Positions 17,428 through 28,500 of a DNA stretch of 64,000 nucleotides are shown here, piece by piece; position 1 is the first letter of the stretch; each line of letters begins with the position of its first letter. Position numbers and translations under genes: made by a program. This stretch comes from a bacterium. GTDB lineage: Bacteria > Krumholzibacteriota > Krumholzibacteriia > LZORAL124-64-63. The stretch covers positions 1 to 64,000 of the forward strand of contig JANOEP010000035.1 of assembly GCA_031441465.1 (NCBI GenBank). The letters are read 5' to 3'. The notes under the pieces are model-generated. The model did no database searches and was not told the origin of the DNA. It worked only from the letters and a program-made list of their open reading frames with translations.

Positions 17428-18027
17428 CTAGAACTTGACCTCGGGCGCCTTCTCGGCGCCTTCGCTGGCCTCGAAGTAGTTGCGCTTCTCGAAGCCGAAC
17501 ATGCCGGCGATCACGCTGGCCGGGAAGCGCCGGATCTGCGTGTTGTAGTTCTGGGCCGTCTCGTTGAAGCGGCGGCGCTCGACGGCGATGCGGTTCTCGG
17601 TGCCTTCGAGCTGGGACTGCAGTTCCAGGAAGTTCTGGTTGGCCTTGAGGTCGGGGTACTGCTCGGCCACGACCATCAGGCGCGACAGGGCGCCGCTGAG
17701 GCCTTCCTGGACCTTCTGGAAGCGCTGCAGGAACGCCGGGTCGTTCAGGTTCTCGGGGGTGGCCTCGACCGTGACCTTGGTGGCCTCGGCGCGGGCGCGG
17801 ATCACGGCTTCGAGCGTTTCGCTCTCGTGGGCGGCGTAGCCCTTGACCGTGTTGACCAGGTTCGGGATCAGGTCGGCCCGGCGCTGGTAGACGTTTTCCA
17901 CGTTGCCCCACTGGCCGTCGACGCCTTCCTGCAGGCTGACCAGGGAGTTGTACTTGCCGACCAGGGCCATCGCCACCACGGCGATCAGGGCCAGCACGCC
18001 GATCAGGATCAATAATCCACGAGACAT
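17428..18027 (-). CDS. lemA: LemA family protein
   Basis: YQRRADLIPNLVNTVKGYA.HE, YPDLKANQNFLELQ.QLEGTENRI. Confidence 0.95.
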   Translation of the reverse strand: MSRGLLILIGVLALIAVVAMALVGKYNSLVSLQEGVDGQWGNVENVYQRRADLIPNLVNTVKGYAAHESETLEAVIRARAEATKVTVEATPENLNDPAFLQRFQKVQEGLSGALSRLMVVAEQYPDLKANQNFLELQSQLEGTENRIAVERRRFNETAQNYNTQIRRFPASVIAGMFGFEKRNYFEASEGAEKAPEVKF

Positions 18028-18048
18028 CTCAACCTCCTACAGCGCGGG

Positions 18049-20226
18049 TCATTCTACGATCGTCAGGGTAAATTGATCGTCGGGTTGCACCGATTCCGCA
18101 ACTTCCATCCCCTTGACCACCCGGCCGACCACGGTGTAGCGACCGTCGAGATGGGGCTGCGGGGAGAGGCAGACGAAGAACTGGCTGCCGTCCGTGTCCT
18201 TGCCGGAATGGGCGATGCCGACCGTCCCGCGCACGAACGGCAGGCTGCTCCACTCGCTGCGCAGGGTGTAGCCGGGGCCGCCCCAGCCGGTGCCGTCGGG
18301 GTCGCCGCCCTGGATGACGAAATCGGGCACGACCCGGTGGAACGAACCGTCGCTGTAGAAACCTTCGCGCACCAGCTGCACGATCGTCGCGCAGGTGCGC
18401 GGCGCGGCGCCGGTCTCCAGGGCGATCGTGAAGGCGCCGCGGGGCGTGCGGCAGAGCAGGCGCGGCGCCTGCTTCGGCAGCGCGAGCGCGGTCTGGCGCG
18501 GATCGCGCGCGGCGGCGGGCATGGTCTCCAGCAGGCTGGCCTCGCTCGGGATCAGTACCGGGGCCGTCAGCATCAGCGCGGCGGCGGCGGCGCGGGCCTC
18601 GCTGCGCACCTGCAGGCGGTCGTGGTCGAAGCCCTGCTCCAGCAGCGCCACCGTGGGGGCGCGCAGGGTGTCGGGCACGGCGAAGCTCGTGTCCGCGGCG
18701 AAGGTCGTCAGCGCCTGCAGCACGCCCCGCTTGATGTCGATCCCCGGCAACCCGTCGGCCCGCGACCAAGCCCGCGCGAGCACCCCGAGGTTGCGCGCCG
18801 AGGGGTACCCTCCCAGCAGGCCGCAGGCCGCGGCTGCGCTGGAGGCGTCCCTGCCCAGGGCGGCCCGGCGCAGGGTCGTCTCCACGGCATCACGGGCGCG
18901 AGCCTTCGCCGCCGGGGTGTGGGATTCCTGCTGGAGGCGGGTCAGCGCCGCCGGCAGGGCGTCCAAGGCGATCAGGCGCAGGCGCGGCGCGGCGGCGGTC
19001 AGGTCTTCGCAGCGCTGCACGACCTGGTCCGGGTCCAACGCGTGGCGCAGCAGGCCGTCCCAGACCGCTTCCTGCACCTGAGGCTGGGGGTCGGCGGTCA
19101 GGGCCGGCCAGAACGGCAGGTCCTGGACGCCCGCGCCCCGCAGGGCGATGCAGGCGCGGGCCGCCGCCGCGCGCACGACCGGTTCGGTCACCGACGGCGA
19201 GCAGCCGGCCTGCGCGGCCTGCAGCAGGCGCAGGCGCCAGACCGGCAGCAGGCTGTCGCGGACGCGCGCTTCGACCGGCAGGGGGGTGTCGCCCGCGATC
19301 TGGGCCATCGACTCCAGCGCGGTGCGGGCCACGTGGGGGTCGGGGCTGCGCGCGCCTTCGCTCAGCTGCCCCACCAGGGGCTGGGCGTCGGCGCTGTCGC
19401 GCAGGGCCGCGGCGCCGAGGCGGCCGAGGCCGCGCAGGCGGGCGACGTCGATCCGCGCGCGGTCGCGCTGGGTAAAACGGCCGGGTTCCGAGCCCCCGGC
19501 GATCAGGCCGAGATAGGCGTTCGGGCCGCCGCCCTGGCTGCCGAGAGCGGCCAGCGCGCGGCAGGCGTGCACCCGCACCTGGGCGTCGAGGTGGCGCGCG
19601 AAGGGCGCGATGTCGGCCGCGAGTCCGGGCACCGGGATTTTCTCGGCGCAGCGCAGGACGCGCCACAGCACGTCGACTTCGGGGCGCTCCAGGCCGTTGC
19701 GGACGGCGTCGGCCAGGGCCGTGGTGTCGGCGTCGGCGGCGCGGTCGCGCAGGGCGTTCCAGGCCAGGGCCGCCTCGTCGCGCGTGCCGTCGCGCGCGAC
19801 GTTCATCAGGGCGGCGCCGTCGTTGCGCACGCGCGCCAGCGCGAACAGCACGGCCCGCCGCACCTCGGGGCCGTTGCCCTCCAGGGCGCGGATCAGGGGC
19901 TCGGCGGCCGACGCGTCGCCGACCAGGCCCAGGGCCTCGGCGGCCGCGACCCGGACGGTGGGGCTCGGGTCGGCGAGCCCGGCGATCAGTTCGGTCAAAG
20001 CGCCGGTGCGGCCGATGCGGCCGGCCGCGCGCATCGCGGCCAGTCGGATGTGGGCGTCGCCGTCGCGCAGGAACGCGGACATCGAATCGGCGTCGGCCAG
20101 GCGGCGGTCCTCCCAGCGCTGCAGGACGTGCTGCTTGGCGGCGCGGTTCGCCGGCGGTGCGCAGCCGACGGCGCCCAGCGCGCAGGCCGTCGCGAGCAGC
20201 AGGATCGATCTCGGGACCCGTCGCAT
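18049..20226 (-). CDS. HEAT-repeat lipoprotein with C-terminal cyclophilin-type peptidyl-prolyl isomerase
   Basis: Lipobox AVGC, HEAT repeats, FHRVVPDFVIQGGDP, GKDTDGSQFF, PHLDGRYT. Confidence 0.88.
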   Translation of the reverse strand: MRRVPRSILLLATACALGAVGCAPPANRAAKQHVLQRWEDRRLADADSMSAFLRDGDAHIRLAAMRAAGRIGRTGALTELIAGLADPSPTVRVAAAEALGLVGDASAAEPLIRALEGNGPEVRRAVLFALARVRNDGAALMNVARDGTRDEAALAWNALRDRAADADTTALADAVRNGLERPEVDVLWRVLRCAEKIPVPGLAADIAPFARHLDAQVRVHACRALAALGSQGGGPNAYLGLIAGGSEPGRFTQRDRARIDVARLRGLGRLGAAALRDSADAQPLVGQLSEGARSPDPHVARTALESMAQIAGDTPLPVEARVRDSLLPVWRLRLLQAAQAGCSPSVTEPVVRAAAARACIALRGAGVQDLPFWPALTADPQPQVQEAVWDGLLRHALDPDQVVQRCEDLTAAAPRLRLIALDALPAALTRLQQESHTPAAKARARDAVETTLRRAALGRDASSAAAACGLLGGYPSARNLGVLARAWSRADGLPGIDIKRGVLQALTTFAADTSFAVPDTLRAPTVALLEQGFDHDRLQVRSEARAAAAALMLTAPVLIPSEASLLETMPAAARDPRQTALALPKQAPRLLCRTPRGAFTIALETGAAPRTCATIVQLVREGFYSDGSFHRVVPDFVIQGGDPDGTGWGGPGYTLRSEWSSLPFVRGTVGIAHSGKDTDGSQFFVCLSPQPHLDGRYTVVGRVVKGMEVAESVQPDDQFTLTIVE

Positions 20227-20366
20227 GCCGTTCCTCCGGTTCGGGGCCGCCCCACCCTAGCATCCCCCCGCGGCGGTGTCCACGCCGCGACCTTTGACCG
20301 CCGGGGTTCCCGTTGCTACACTGCACCGCTGGACACGCCCCCGCACCGCGAATCAGGGAGTTCCCC

Positions 20367-21392
20367 ATGCGCACCGCCCTGCTCGGCGCCACCGGCCTGG
20401 TGGGCCGCACCATGCTCGCCCTGCTCGAAACCCGCGGCTGGGTCGACGAGCCGCCGCTGCTGCTGACCTCCGCGCGCTCGGCGGGCACGGTCCTAACGTT
20501 CCGCGGACGGGCCGTGACCTGCGAGGACGCCGCGACCTGCGGCTACGCCGGCGTGAAGATGGCTTTGTTCAGCGCCGGCGGCGCCGCCAGCCGCGTCCAC
20601 GCACCGCGCTTCGCGCAGGCCGGCTCCTGGGTCGTGGACAACTCCTCAGCTTGGCGTATGGACCCCGCGGTGCCGCTGGTGGTGCCGGAGATCAACGCCG
20701 CGGCCCTGCCCGATCGTCCGGGCATCGTCGCCAACCCGAACTGCTCCACGATCCAGGTGGCCGCCGCGGTGGCGCCCCTGCAGCGCGCCTTCGGCTTGAA
20801 GGCCTGCCACGTCACCACGCTGCAGGCGGCTTCCGGCGCGGGCGGCCGCGCCCGCCAGGCGCTGGCGATCGAGCTGTCGGCCTGCGTGCCGGGACTGCGC
20901 GAGGGGCACGCCTCGCCGGACGTGACCGGCACCGGCGCTTTCCCCCGCCGCCTCGCCCTGAACGTGCTGCCGGAGATCGGCGCGCCCCTGCCCGACGGCA
21001 GCTTCGAGGAGGAAGCCAAGGTCGTGCGCGAACTGCGCAAGATCCTCGGCCTGCCGCAGCTCGCAGTGACCTGCCTGGCCACGCGCGTCCCGGTCTGGAA
21101 CGGCCACGCGGCCGCGGTGCGCTGTGTCTGCAAGCGGCCCGCCCCGCGCGACGAGGTGATCGCCGCCCTGCGCGCGACGACCGGCCTGGTGGTGGCCGAG
21201 TCGCCGCACGGCTACGCAACGCCGCTGGAGGCCGACGGCGCCGACCCGGTCTTCGTCGGGCGCGTGCGCGGGGAAGAGGGCCGCCCCGAGGTGGTCCTGC
21301 TGTGGGTGGTGGCCGACAACGTGCGCAAGGGCGCGGCCCTGAACGCCGTACAGATCGCCGACCTGCTGGCCGCGCGCGGACGGAGCGCCTGA
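20367..21392 (+). CDS. asd: Aspartate-semialdehyde dehydrogenase
   Basis: GATGLVG, VVDNSSAWRM, NPNCST, DNVRKGAALNAVQIA. Confidence 0.95.
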   Translation: MRTALLGATGLVGRTMLALLETRGWVDEPPLLLTSARSAGTVLTFRGRAVTCEDAATCGYAGVKMALFSAGGAASRVHAPRFAQAGSWVVDNSSAWRMDPAVPLVVPEINAAALPDRPGIVANPNCSTIQVAAAVAPLQRAFGLKACHVTTLQAASGAGGRARQALAIELSACVPGLREGHASPDVTGTGAFPRRLALNVLPEIGAPLPDGSFEEEAKVVRELRKILGLPQLAVTCLATRVPVWNGHAAAVRCVCKRPAPRDEVIAALRATTGLVVAESPHGYATPLEADGADPVFVGRVRGEEGRPEVVLLWVVADNVRKGAALNAVQIADLLAARGRSA

Positions 21393-21393
21393 G

Positions 21394-22194
21394 TTGGACC
21401 GCACCGTGCGCATCGACCTGGCCTACGACGGCACGGCCTTCCACGGCTGGCAGTGGCAGCTCGGCCTGCGCACCGTCCAGGGCGAACTGGCCCTCATGTT
21501 GGAGCGGCTGCTCGGCCGCCCCTGCATGCCCCCGGGCGCCGGCCGCACCGACGCCGGGGTCCACGCCCTGCGGCAGACCGCCAACGCCCGAGGCCTGAAC
21601 GCCGACGAGGTGGCGCGCCTGGTGCGCGTCCTGCCCCGCTTCGCGCCGCGCGATGTGCAGGTGCTGGACGTGCGCGAGGTGAGCCCCGCGTTCCACGCGC
21701 GCTTCTCGGCGCAGTGGCGCCGCTACGAGTACCATCTCGATCTGCGGGACGACCTGTTCCGGCGCCGCGTCGCCTGGTGCCCCGGCGAGCCGCTGGACCG
21801 CGCGGCCATGACGGCCGCCTGCGCCCTGTTCCTGGGCCGGCGCGACTGCAGCAGCTTGTGCAAGACGGCGTCGCTCAACCCGACCAACGACTGCGACGTG
21901 ACCGATTGCCGCTTGGAGTGGGCCGAGGGCTCGGCTATCCTGCACGTTCGGGCCGACCGCTTCCTGCACCACATGGTGCGCACGATGACGGGCATGCTGG
22001 TGGAGGTGGGTGCCGGCCGTCGGCTTCCCGGCGACGTGACGACGATCCTGGACGCCCGCGACCGGCGCGTCGCCGGCGGCATGGCCCCGGCCTGCGGCCT
22101 GTACCTGGCCGATGTCGGCTATCCGCCCGAACTCGAAGACCCTGCACACGCCGGCCCCGCCGGCGCCACCGCGACTCCGGAGGCGACCCCATGA
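21394..22194 (+). CDS. truA: tRNA pseudouridine(38-40) synthase
   Basis: [34 protein letters not shown]. Confidence 0.95.
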   Translation: MDRTVRIDLAYDGTAFHGWQWQLGLRTVQGELALMLERLLGRPCMPPGAGRTDAGVHALRQTANARGLNADEVARLVRVLPRFAPRDVQVLDVREVSPAFHARFSAQWRRYEYHLDLRDDLFRRRVAWCPGEPLDRAAMTAACALFLGRRDCSSLCKTASLNPTNDCDVTDCRLEWAEGSAILHVRADRFLHHMVRTMTGMLVEVGAGRRLPGDVTTILDARDRRVAGGMAPACGLYLADVGYPPELEDPAHAGPAGATATPEATP

Positions 22195-22838
22195 AGTTCT
22201 TCATCGACACCGCCGACCTCGACGAGATCCGCGACGCCCTGTCGATGGGCGTGCTGGACGGCGTCACGACCAATCCCAGCCTGATGGCCCGCGCCGGCCG
22301 CAAGGACACCGACGTCCTGCTCAAGGAGATCTGCGAGCTGGTCGAGGGGCCGGTCTCGGGCGAGGTCGTGGCGCTCGACGCCGCGGGCATGATCAAGGAA
22401 GGCAAACGCCTGGCCGGGCTCAGCGAGCACCTCGTGGTGAAGATCCCCCTGACCATCGACGGCCTGAAGGCCACCCGCGCCCTGGCCGACGAGGGCATCC
22501 CCGTCAACATGACGCTCTGCTTCTCGGTCAGCCAGGCGCTGCTGGCCGCCAAGGCGGGCGCGGCCTACGTGTCGCCCTTCGTCGGCCGGCTGGACGACAT
22601 CAGCCAGGACGGCATGGGCCTGATCGAGGACATCGTCGAGGTCTACGAGAACTACGAGATCGGCACCGAGATCATCGTGGCCAGCGTGCGCCACCCCGAC
22701 CACGTGGTGCGGGCCGCCCTGCTGGGCGCCGACATCGCCACGATCCCGCACAAGGTCATCAAGCAGCTCGTCCAGCACCCGCTGACCGACCAGGGGATCG
22801 CCGCCTTCATGAAGGACTGGAACAAGCTGCAGGGCTGA
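22191..22838 (+). CDS. tal: Transaldolase (small fsa/talC family)
   Basis: [28 protein letters not shown]; Glu in SGEV and Phe in SPF favour transaldolase over FSA; ATGA overlap with truA. Confidence 0.9.
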   Translation: MKFFIDTADLDEIRDALSMGVLDGVTTNPSLMARAGRKDTDVLLKEICELVEGPVSGEVVALDAAGMIKEGKRLAGLSEHLVVKIPLTIDGLKATRALADEGIPVNMTLCFSVSQALLAAKAGAAYVSPFVGRLDDISQDGMGLIEDIVEVYENYEIGTEIIVASVRHPDHVVRAALLGADIATIPHKVIKQLVQHPLTDQGIAAFMKDWNKLQG

Positions 22839-22886
22839 CGCGTTGAAAACGGGAGTGCGCGCCGCCGCGCGTCCCGGAGGTGAACC

Positions 22887-24110
22887 GTGCGCAAGGCGCC
22901 CGTCTGGACCGGCATCGTCATCGGCCTGCTGTTCGGCCTGCTGCTGGGCTCGGCCTTCCTGCTGGGCCGCAAGACCGTCGCGCCCGCGACTGCGGACGGC
23001 CGCGACACGGTCGTGGTGCGCGAGGTCCCGGTCGGCTCGCCGGCCGCGATCGAACAGGGGCGGCGCAACGCCATCGTCACGGCGACGGAGCGGGTCGCGC
23101 CCACGGTGGTCAGCATCAACGCCATCCAGCACCGGACGGTCACGCGCACGCTCGCCCCGCGCGGCTGGGAGTATTTCGAGCGTTTCTATCCCGGCATGTT
23201 CCCGCAGCGCGCCTTCCGTCAGGACGTCTCGAACCTGGGTTCGGGCGTCATCGTCTCGAAGCAGGGCCACATCCTGACCAACGTCCACGTGGTCGAGAAC
23301 GCGGACGAACTGCTCGTCTCGCTCCACGACGGCCGGCAGTTCACGGCCCAGGTCCTGGAGATGGTCCCGACCTGGGACCTGGCGCTGCTGCAGATCGCCG
23401 GCGAAGTGCCGGCCGACCTGCCGACGGCGGTCATGGCCGCCGAGGACACGCGGCTCTTCATCGGGGAGTGGGCCATCGCCATCGGCTCGCCCTTCGGCTA
23501 CCTGCTGGCCGACACGCAGCCGACGGTGACCGTCGGGGTGGTCAGCGCCGTCAACCGCGACATCAAGCGCACCGGCTCGGACCAGCAGATCTTCCTGGGC
23601 ATGATCCAGACCGACGCCGCGATCAACCCCGGCAACAGCGGCGGCCCGCTGGTCAACAGCAGCGGCGAGGTCGTCGGCATCAACACCTTCATCTTCACCG
23701 AGAGCGGCGGCAGCATCGGCCTGGGCTTCGCCGTGCCCATCGACCGCGCCCGCTGGATCCTGCGCGAGGTGGACCAGTACGGTTACTTCCGCCGCGCCTA
23801 CGTCGGCTTCGGCATCCTGCCGGTCAACGACGCCGTCGCCAAGGCGCTGGGCCTGGACCAGGCCCGCGGCTTCGTCGTGCGCGACGTGACGACGGGCTCG
23901 CCGGCGGCCAAGGCGGGTCTGGTCCCGTACGACGTGCTGCTGACGATCAACGGCATCGAACTGGCGGACGTCGACACCTTCAACCGGCTGGTCTACGAGG
24001 CCAAGGTCGGCACCCGCCTGGAGTTCACGGCCATCCGCGAGGGGCGCGCGTTTTCCGGGACGATCGTCCTGGAAGAGGATCCGAGGCGGCGGCGGAGCGA
24101 GACCTCCTGA
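22887..24110 (+). CDS. HtrA/DegP-like serine protease with one PDZ domain
   Basis: N-terminal TM; GSGVIV, LTNVHVV, DLALL, QTDAAINPGNSGGPL; PDZ. Confidence 0.92.
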   Translation: MRKAPVWTGIVIGLLFGLLLGSAFLLGRKTVAPATADGRDTVVVREVPVGSPAAIEQGRRNAIVTATERVAPTVVSINAIQHRTVTRTLAPRGWEYFERFYPGMFPQRAFRQDVSNLGSGVIVSKQGHILTNVHVVENADELLVSLHDGRQFTAQVLEMVPTWDLALLQIAGEVPADLPTAVMAAEDTRLFIGEWAIAIGSPFGYLLADTQPTVTVGVVSAVNRDIKRTGSDQQIFLGMIQTDAAINPGNSGGPLVNSSGEVVGINTFIFTESGGSIGLGFAVPIDRARWILREVDQYGYFRRAYVGFGILPVNDAVAKALGLDQARGFVVRDVTTGSPAAKAGLVPYDVLLTINGIELADVDTFNRLVYEAKVGTRLEFTAIREGRAFSGTIVLEEDPRRRRSETS

Positions 24111-24282
24111 CAGGGACAATTTCGCGGCCAGAACTGCTTTCTTTCCCCGAATCGATCGGTTATGTTGCGCGGGTCGGTTCCGTCTGCCCGTTCGTCCCCC
24201 GTCGACGTCACGACGGAGAGGGCTGCAAGATGCTGATATCATGTGAGTTGGCTACTCTCGAACCCCGGGATCGAGGTGCGGC

Positions 24283-25581
24283 GTGATTCCCCGTTACGAA
24301 ACCCCGGCCATGCGCGCCATCTGGTCGAACCGCCGCAAGCTCGAGATCTGGCAGGAGGTCGAGGTCGTCGTCTGCGAGGTCCGCGCCGACCGCGGCGAGA
24401 TCCCCCCGGCAGCGGCCCGGCTCATCCGCGAGCTGGCCGCTTTCGACGAGGCGCGGGTGCTGGAGATCGAGGAGACCGTCCAGCACGACGTCATCGCCTT
24501 CCTGACGAACCTCGGCGAGCACATCGGCCCCGAGTCGCGCCACGTCCACGAAGGCATGACCAGCTCCGACCTCACCGACACGGCCTTCGCCGTGCAGTTG
24601 AGCGAGTCGGGCCTGGTGCTGCGGGCGGCCCTGGTCGGTCTGATGGATGCGGTCAAGGCCCGCGCGCTCGAGCACCGGGACACCGTCATGGTCGGGCGCA
24701 GCCACGGGATCCACGCCGAGCCCACCACCTTCGGCCTGAAGCTGCTGGTCTACTGGTCGGCCCTGCGGCGCGCGTTGCGACGGCTGGACGCGGCCATCGA
24801 CGAGGTCACGGTCGGGCAGATCTCCGGCGCGGTGGGGACCATGGCGCACCTCGACCCCGAGGTCGAGGCCGAGACCATGCGGCGCCTGGGCCTGGCGGTC
24901 GCCCCGGTGGCGACGCAGGTGCTGCAGCGCGACCGCCACGCGGCCTTCCTGACGGCGCTGGCCTTGGCCGGCGCCACGCTGGAGCAGATGGCGGTCGAGA
25001 TCCGCAACCTGCAGCGCACCGACGTCCACGAGGTCGAGGAGCCGTTCGCCGCGGGCCAGAAGGGCTCCTCGGCGATGCCCCACAAGAAGAATCCCATCGT
25101 CAGCGAGCGGGTCACCGGGATGGCCCGCCTGCTGCGCGGCTACGCCCACGCCGCGCTGGAGAACGTCGCGCTCTGGCACGAGCGCGACATCAGCCACAGC
25201 AGCGTCGAGCGGATCATCTTTCCCGACGCCTGCCACGTGTTGCACTACATGCTGCAGAAGATGACCTGGCTGATCGCCGGGCTCGTCGTGTTCCCCGAGC
25301 GCATGCTCGAGAACATGGATCGAGTCCAGGGGATGGTCTACAGCCAGACGGTGCTGCTGGCGCTGGTGCGCGCCGGCGCCTCGCGCGAGGACGCCTACGC
25401 CGCGGTGCAGCGCTGCGCGATGCGCGTCTGGGACGAGGGCGTCGCCTTCCGCGAGACCCTGCGGCAGGATCCCGCCGTGGCGGCCTGGCTGCCGCCGGCC
25501 GATCTGGACCGCTGCTTCGATCCCGCCTGGCACCGCCGCCACGTCGGGCAGCTGTTCGCCAGGACCCTGGCCCAAGAGTAG
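24283..25581 (+). CDS. purB: Adenylosuccinate lyase
   Basis: MIPRY, GRSHGIHAEPTTFG, GSSAMPHKKNP, WHERDISHSSVER. Confidence 0.96.
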   Translation: MIPRYETPAMRAIWSNRRKLEIWQEVEVVVCEVRADRGEIPPAAARLIRELAAFDEARVLEIEETVQHDVIAFLTNLGEHIGPESRHVHEGMTSSDLTDTAFAVQLSESGLVLRAALVGLMDAVKARALEHRDTVMVGRSHGIHAEPTTFGLKLLVYWSALRRALRRLDAAIDEVTVGQISGAVGTMAHLDPEVEAETMRRLGLAVAPVATQVLQRDRHAAFLTALALAGATLEQMAVEIRNLQRTDVHEVEEPFAAGQKGSSAMPHKKNPIVSERVTGMARLLRGYAHAALENVALWHERDISHSSVERIIFPDACHVLHYMLQKMTWLIAGLVVFPERMLENMDRVQGMVYSQTVLLALVRAGASREDAYAAVQRCAMRVWDEGVAFRETLRQDPAVAAWLPPADLDRCFDPAWHRRHVGQLFARTLAQE

Positions 25582-25598
25582 GATCGATAGGAGCAGGC

Positions 25599-28500
25599 AT
25601 GACCCGCGATCCCTCCTTCGACGTCGTCGCCGTTGCCGCCCTCGACGACGCGGCGCTCGTGAAGGCGCTGCGCGCCCACGCCCTGACCCTCAGCGCCTCC
25701 GAAGCCCGCCGCGTCCGGGAACTGCTCGGCCGCGATCCCACGCTCACCGAGCTGACCCTGTTCGACACCATGTGGAGCGAGCACTGCTCCTACAAGAGCA
25801 GCCGGCCTACGCTCAAGGAATTCCTGCCGACCACCGGCAGCAACGTGATCGTCGGGCCGGTCGAGGACGCGGGCATCGTGGACTTCGGCACCGTCGACGG
25901 CGTGCGCTGGGGCGTCATCATCGCCCACGAGAGCCACAACCACCCCAGCCAGGTCATGCCGGTCGAAGGCGCGGCCACCGGCATCGGCGGCATCGTGCGC
26001 GACGTCTACTGCATGGGCGGCGAAGTGATCGGCGTGCTGGATCCGCTGCGTTTCGGCTGGCCGCTGGGCGAGGGCGGGGCGCACCGCCTGGACATCGCGC
26101 GCGAGGTGGTCACCGGCATCTGGGAGTACGGCAACGCGCTGGGCGTGCCGAACCTGGGCGGCGACGTCTACTTCCACCCCTCGTTCGATGACAACTGCCT
26201 GGTGAACGTGGTGGCTCTGGGCCTGGTGCCGGCCGACCACATCACCCACTCCGCAGTGCCGCCGCAGGCCCGCGAGGAGACCTACGACCTGATCCTGGTG
26301 GGCAAGCCCACCGACTGGAGCGGCATGGGCGGCGCCGCCTTCGCCTCGGCGACCCTGGACGCCGACGCGGCCATGGAGAACAAGGGTTCGGTGCAGGTGC
26401 CCGACCCGTTCCTGAAGCGCGTGCTGACCGTCGCCAACCGCGAGGTGCTGCGGCTGGCGCGCGAGCGCGGGATCGTCGTCGGCTTCAAGGACCTCGGCGC
26501 CGGCGGCGTCAGCTGCGTGACCAGCGAGTTGGCCGACGCCGGCGGCTTCGGCTGCGACGTCGACCTGGCCTTGGTGCACGTCGCCGGGGACGACGTGCCC
26601 GCGCGCGTGATCGCCTGCTCCGAGACCCAGGAACGCTACGGCCTGGCCGTGCCGGCCCGCTTCACGGCCGAGGTGCTGAAGATCTACAACGAGGACTTCG
26701 CCCTGCCCGACCTCTACGAGGGGGCGTGCGCGCGGCGCATCGGCACGGCCACCACCGACGGGATCTACCGCCTGCGCCACGGCGACCGCGTGCTCTGCGA
26801 GGCGCCGATCGCGACGGTCACCTGCGGGATCGCCTACGCCCGCGCCGAGGCTCCGGCGCCCCCGCCTGAGCCCGCGCCCGCCCGCGCCGCCGAGGCCCCG
26901 GACTCGCTGATCGCCGACGAATGGGTGCGCCTGATGGGCCACCTCAACGCGGCCTCGCGCGAGCACCTCTTCCGGCACTACGACCCCGAGGTGCGCGGCG
27001 CCACCGTGCTGCGCCCCGGCGAGGCCGACGCGGGCGTGGTGGCCCCGGTGCCGGGCAGCGTCCTGGGCGTGGCGGTCAGCGTCGACGGCAACCCCCTGAT
27101 CGGCCTGCGCGATCCCTACCAGGCCGGCGTGCGGGCCGTGATCGAGGCGGCGCGCAACGTGGCCTGCGTCGGCGGCCGGCCGGCCGCGGTGACCGACTGC
27201 CTGAACTTCGGCAACCCCGAGGATCCCGAGGTCTTCCACCAGTTCCGCGAGGCGGTGCGCGGCGTCGGCGACGCCTGCCGCGGCGTCACGCTGCACGCGC
27301 GCGGCGGCGAGCCGCTGCCGGTGGTCTCGGGCAACGTGTCGCTCTACAACCAGAGCGCCGCGGGCCGCACCGTCGCCCCGTCGCCGATCATCGCCTGCGT
27401 GGGCAACGTGGCCGACGTGACCCTCTGCCGCAGCCAGCGCCTGAAGGCCGCCGGCGACCGGCTCTACCTCGTGGGCCTGCCCGACGACGCCTGCGGCGCG
27501 ACGCTGGCCCGCGAGTCGGGGCTCGTCTTCGGCCGCGACACTCTCGTCCCGGCGGACCTCGACGCCGCCCGCCGCGAGATCGCGGCGGTGTGCGACCTGG
27601 TCGAAGCCGGTCTGCTGCAGGCGGCGCACGACGTCAGCGACGGCGGCCTGGCCGTTTGCCTGGCCGAGATGGCGCTGGGACCGAGGGGCCGCGACCTGCT
27701 CGGCGCCGTCGTCGCGGTGCCGCCGGCGTGCCGCGGCCTGAGCCTGCGCGAGTTCCTGTACGGGGAGCGCGGGGGCTTCGTGCTGGAAGTCCGCGAGCCC
27801 GACACGGCGCGGGTCGAAGCGCTGCTCGCGGCGGCGGGCGCGGCTTGGGCGCCCTTGGGCGAAGTCGTCGACAGCGAAGCGCTCACGGTCCGCGACGCCG
27901 CCGGCCGTGAAGTCGTCGTCGCGCTCGACGAATTGGAACTGAGCTGGCGCGAGGGCCTGACCCGCGTGCTGGCCGCGCGCGACCTGCCCGATCCGGCCGA
28001 TCGCCGCGAGCCCGCCGTGGTCGCCGACGAGCCGGCCGTGCCGGTGGTCGTGGTGGGCGGTGCGCGGCCCCGCATCGCGGTGCTGCAGCTGCCGGGCATG
28101 AACTGCGAGGACGAGTCGGCGCGCGCCCTCGCGGCCGCCGGCGCGCGGCCCGAGATCTTCCGCTGGACGCGCCCGGCCGCCGAGCTGGCGGACTTCGACG
28201 GCTACCTGGTCCCGGGCGGCTTCTCCTACCAGGACCGCGTGCGCGCGGGCGCGGTGGCGGCCAAGGACCCGCTGCTGGAAGCCCTGCTCGCCGCCGATGC
28301 CGCCGGCAAGCCGATCCTCGGCATCTGCAACGGCTGCCAGGTGCTGGTCGAGGCGGGTTTGGTGCCGGGCCTCGCGCGCGGCCGCGTCGAGGTGGCCCTG
28401 GCGCCGAACCGCATCCCCGGCCGGCGCGGCTACTTCTCCCGCTGGGTCGTGCTCGAGGCGGTCGCCGGCAGCCGCTGCCGCTTCCTCGACGGGCTGCCGC

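Noticed and set aside
24111..24282. Possible purine, ZTP or PRPP riboswitch upstream of purB
   Set aside because: I could not find the conserved cores of those aptamers or a terminator; an Rfam/Infernal scan would settle it.
24243..25598. Apparent 452-aa N-terminal extension of PurL (possible PurB-PurL fusion)
   Set aside because: Out-of-frame overlap with purB giving Arg/Pro-rich nonsense; purB has its own stop at 25581 and purL an RBS plus ATG at 25599.
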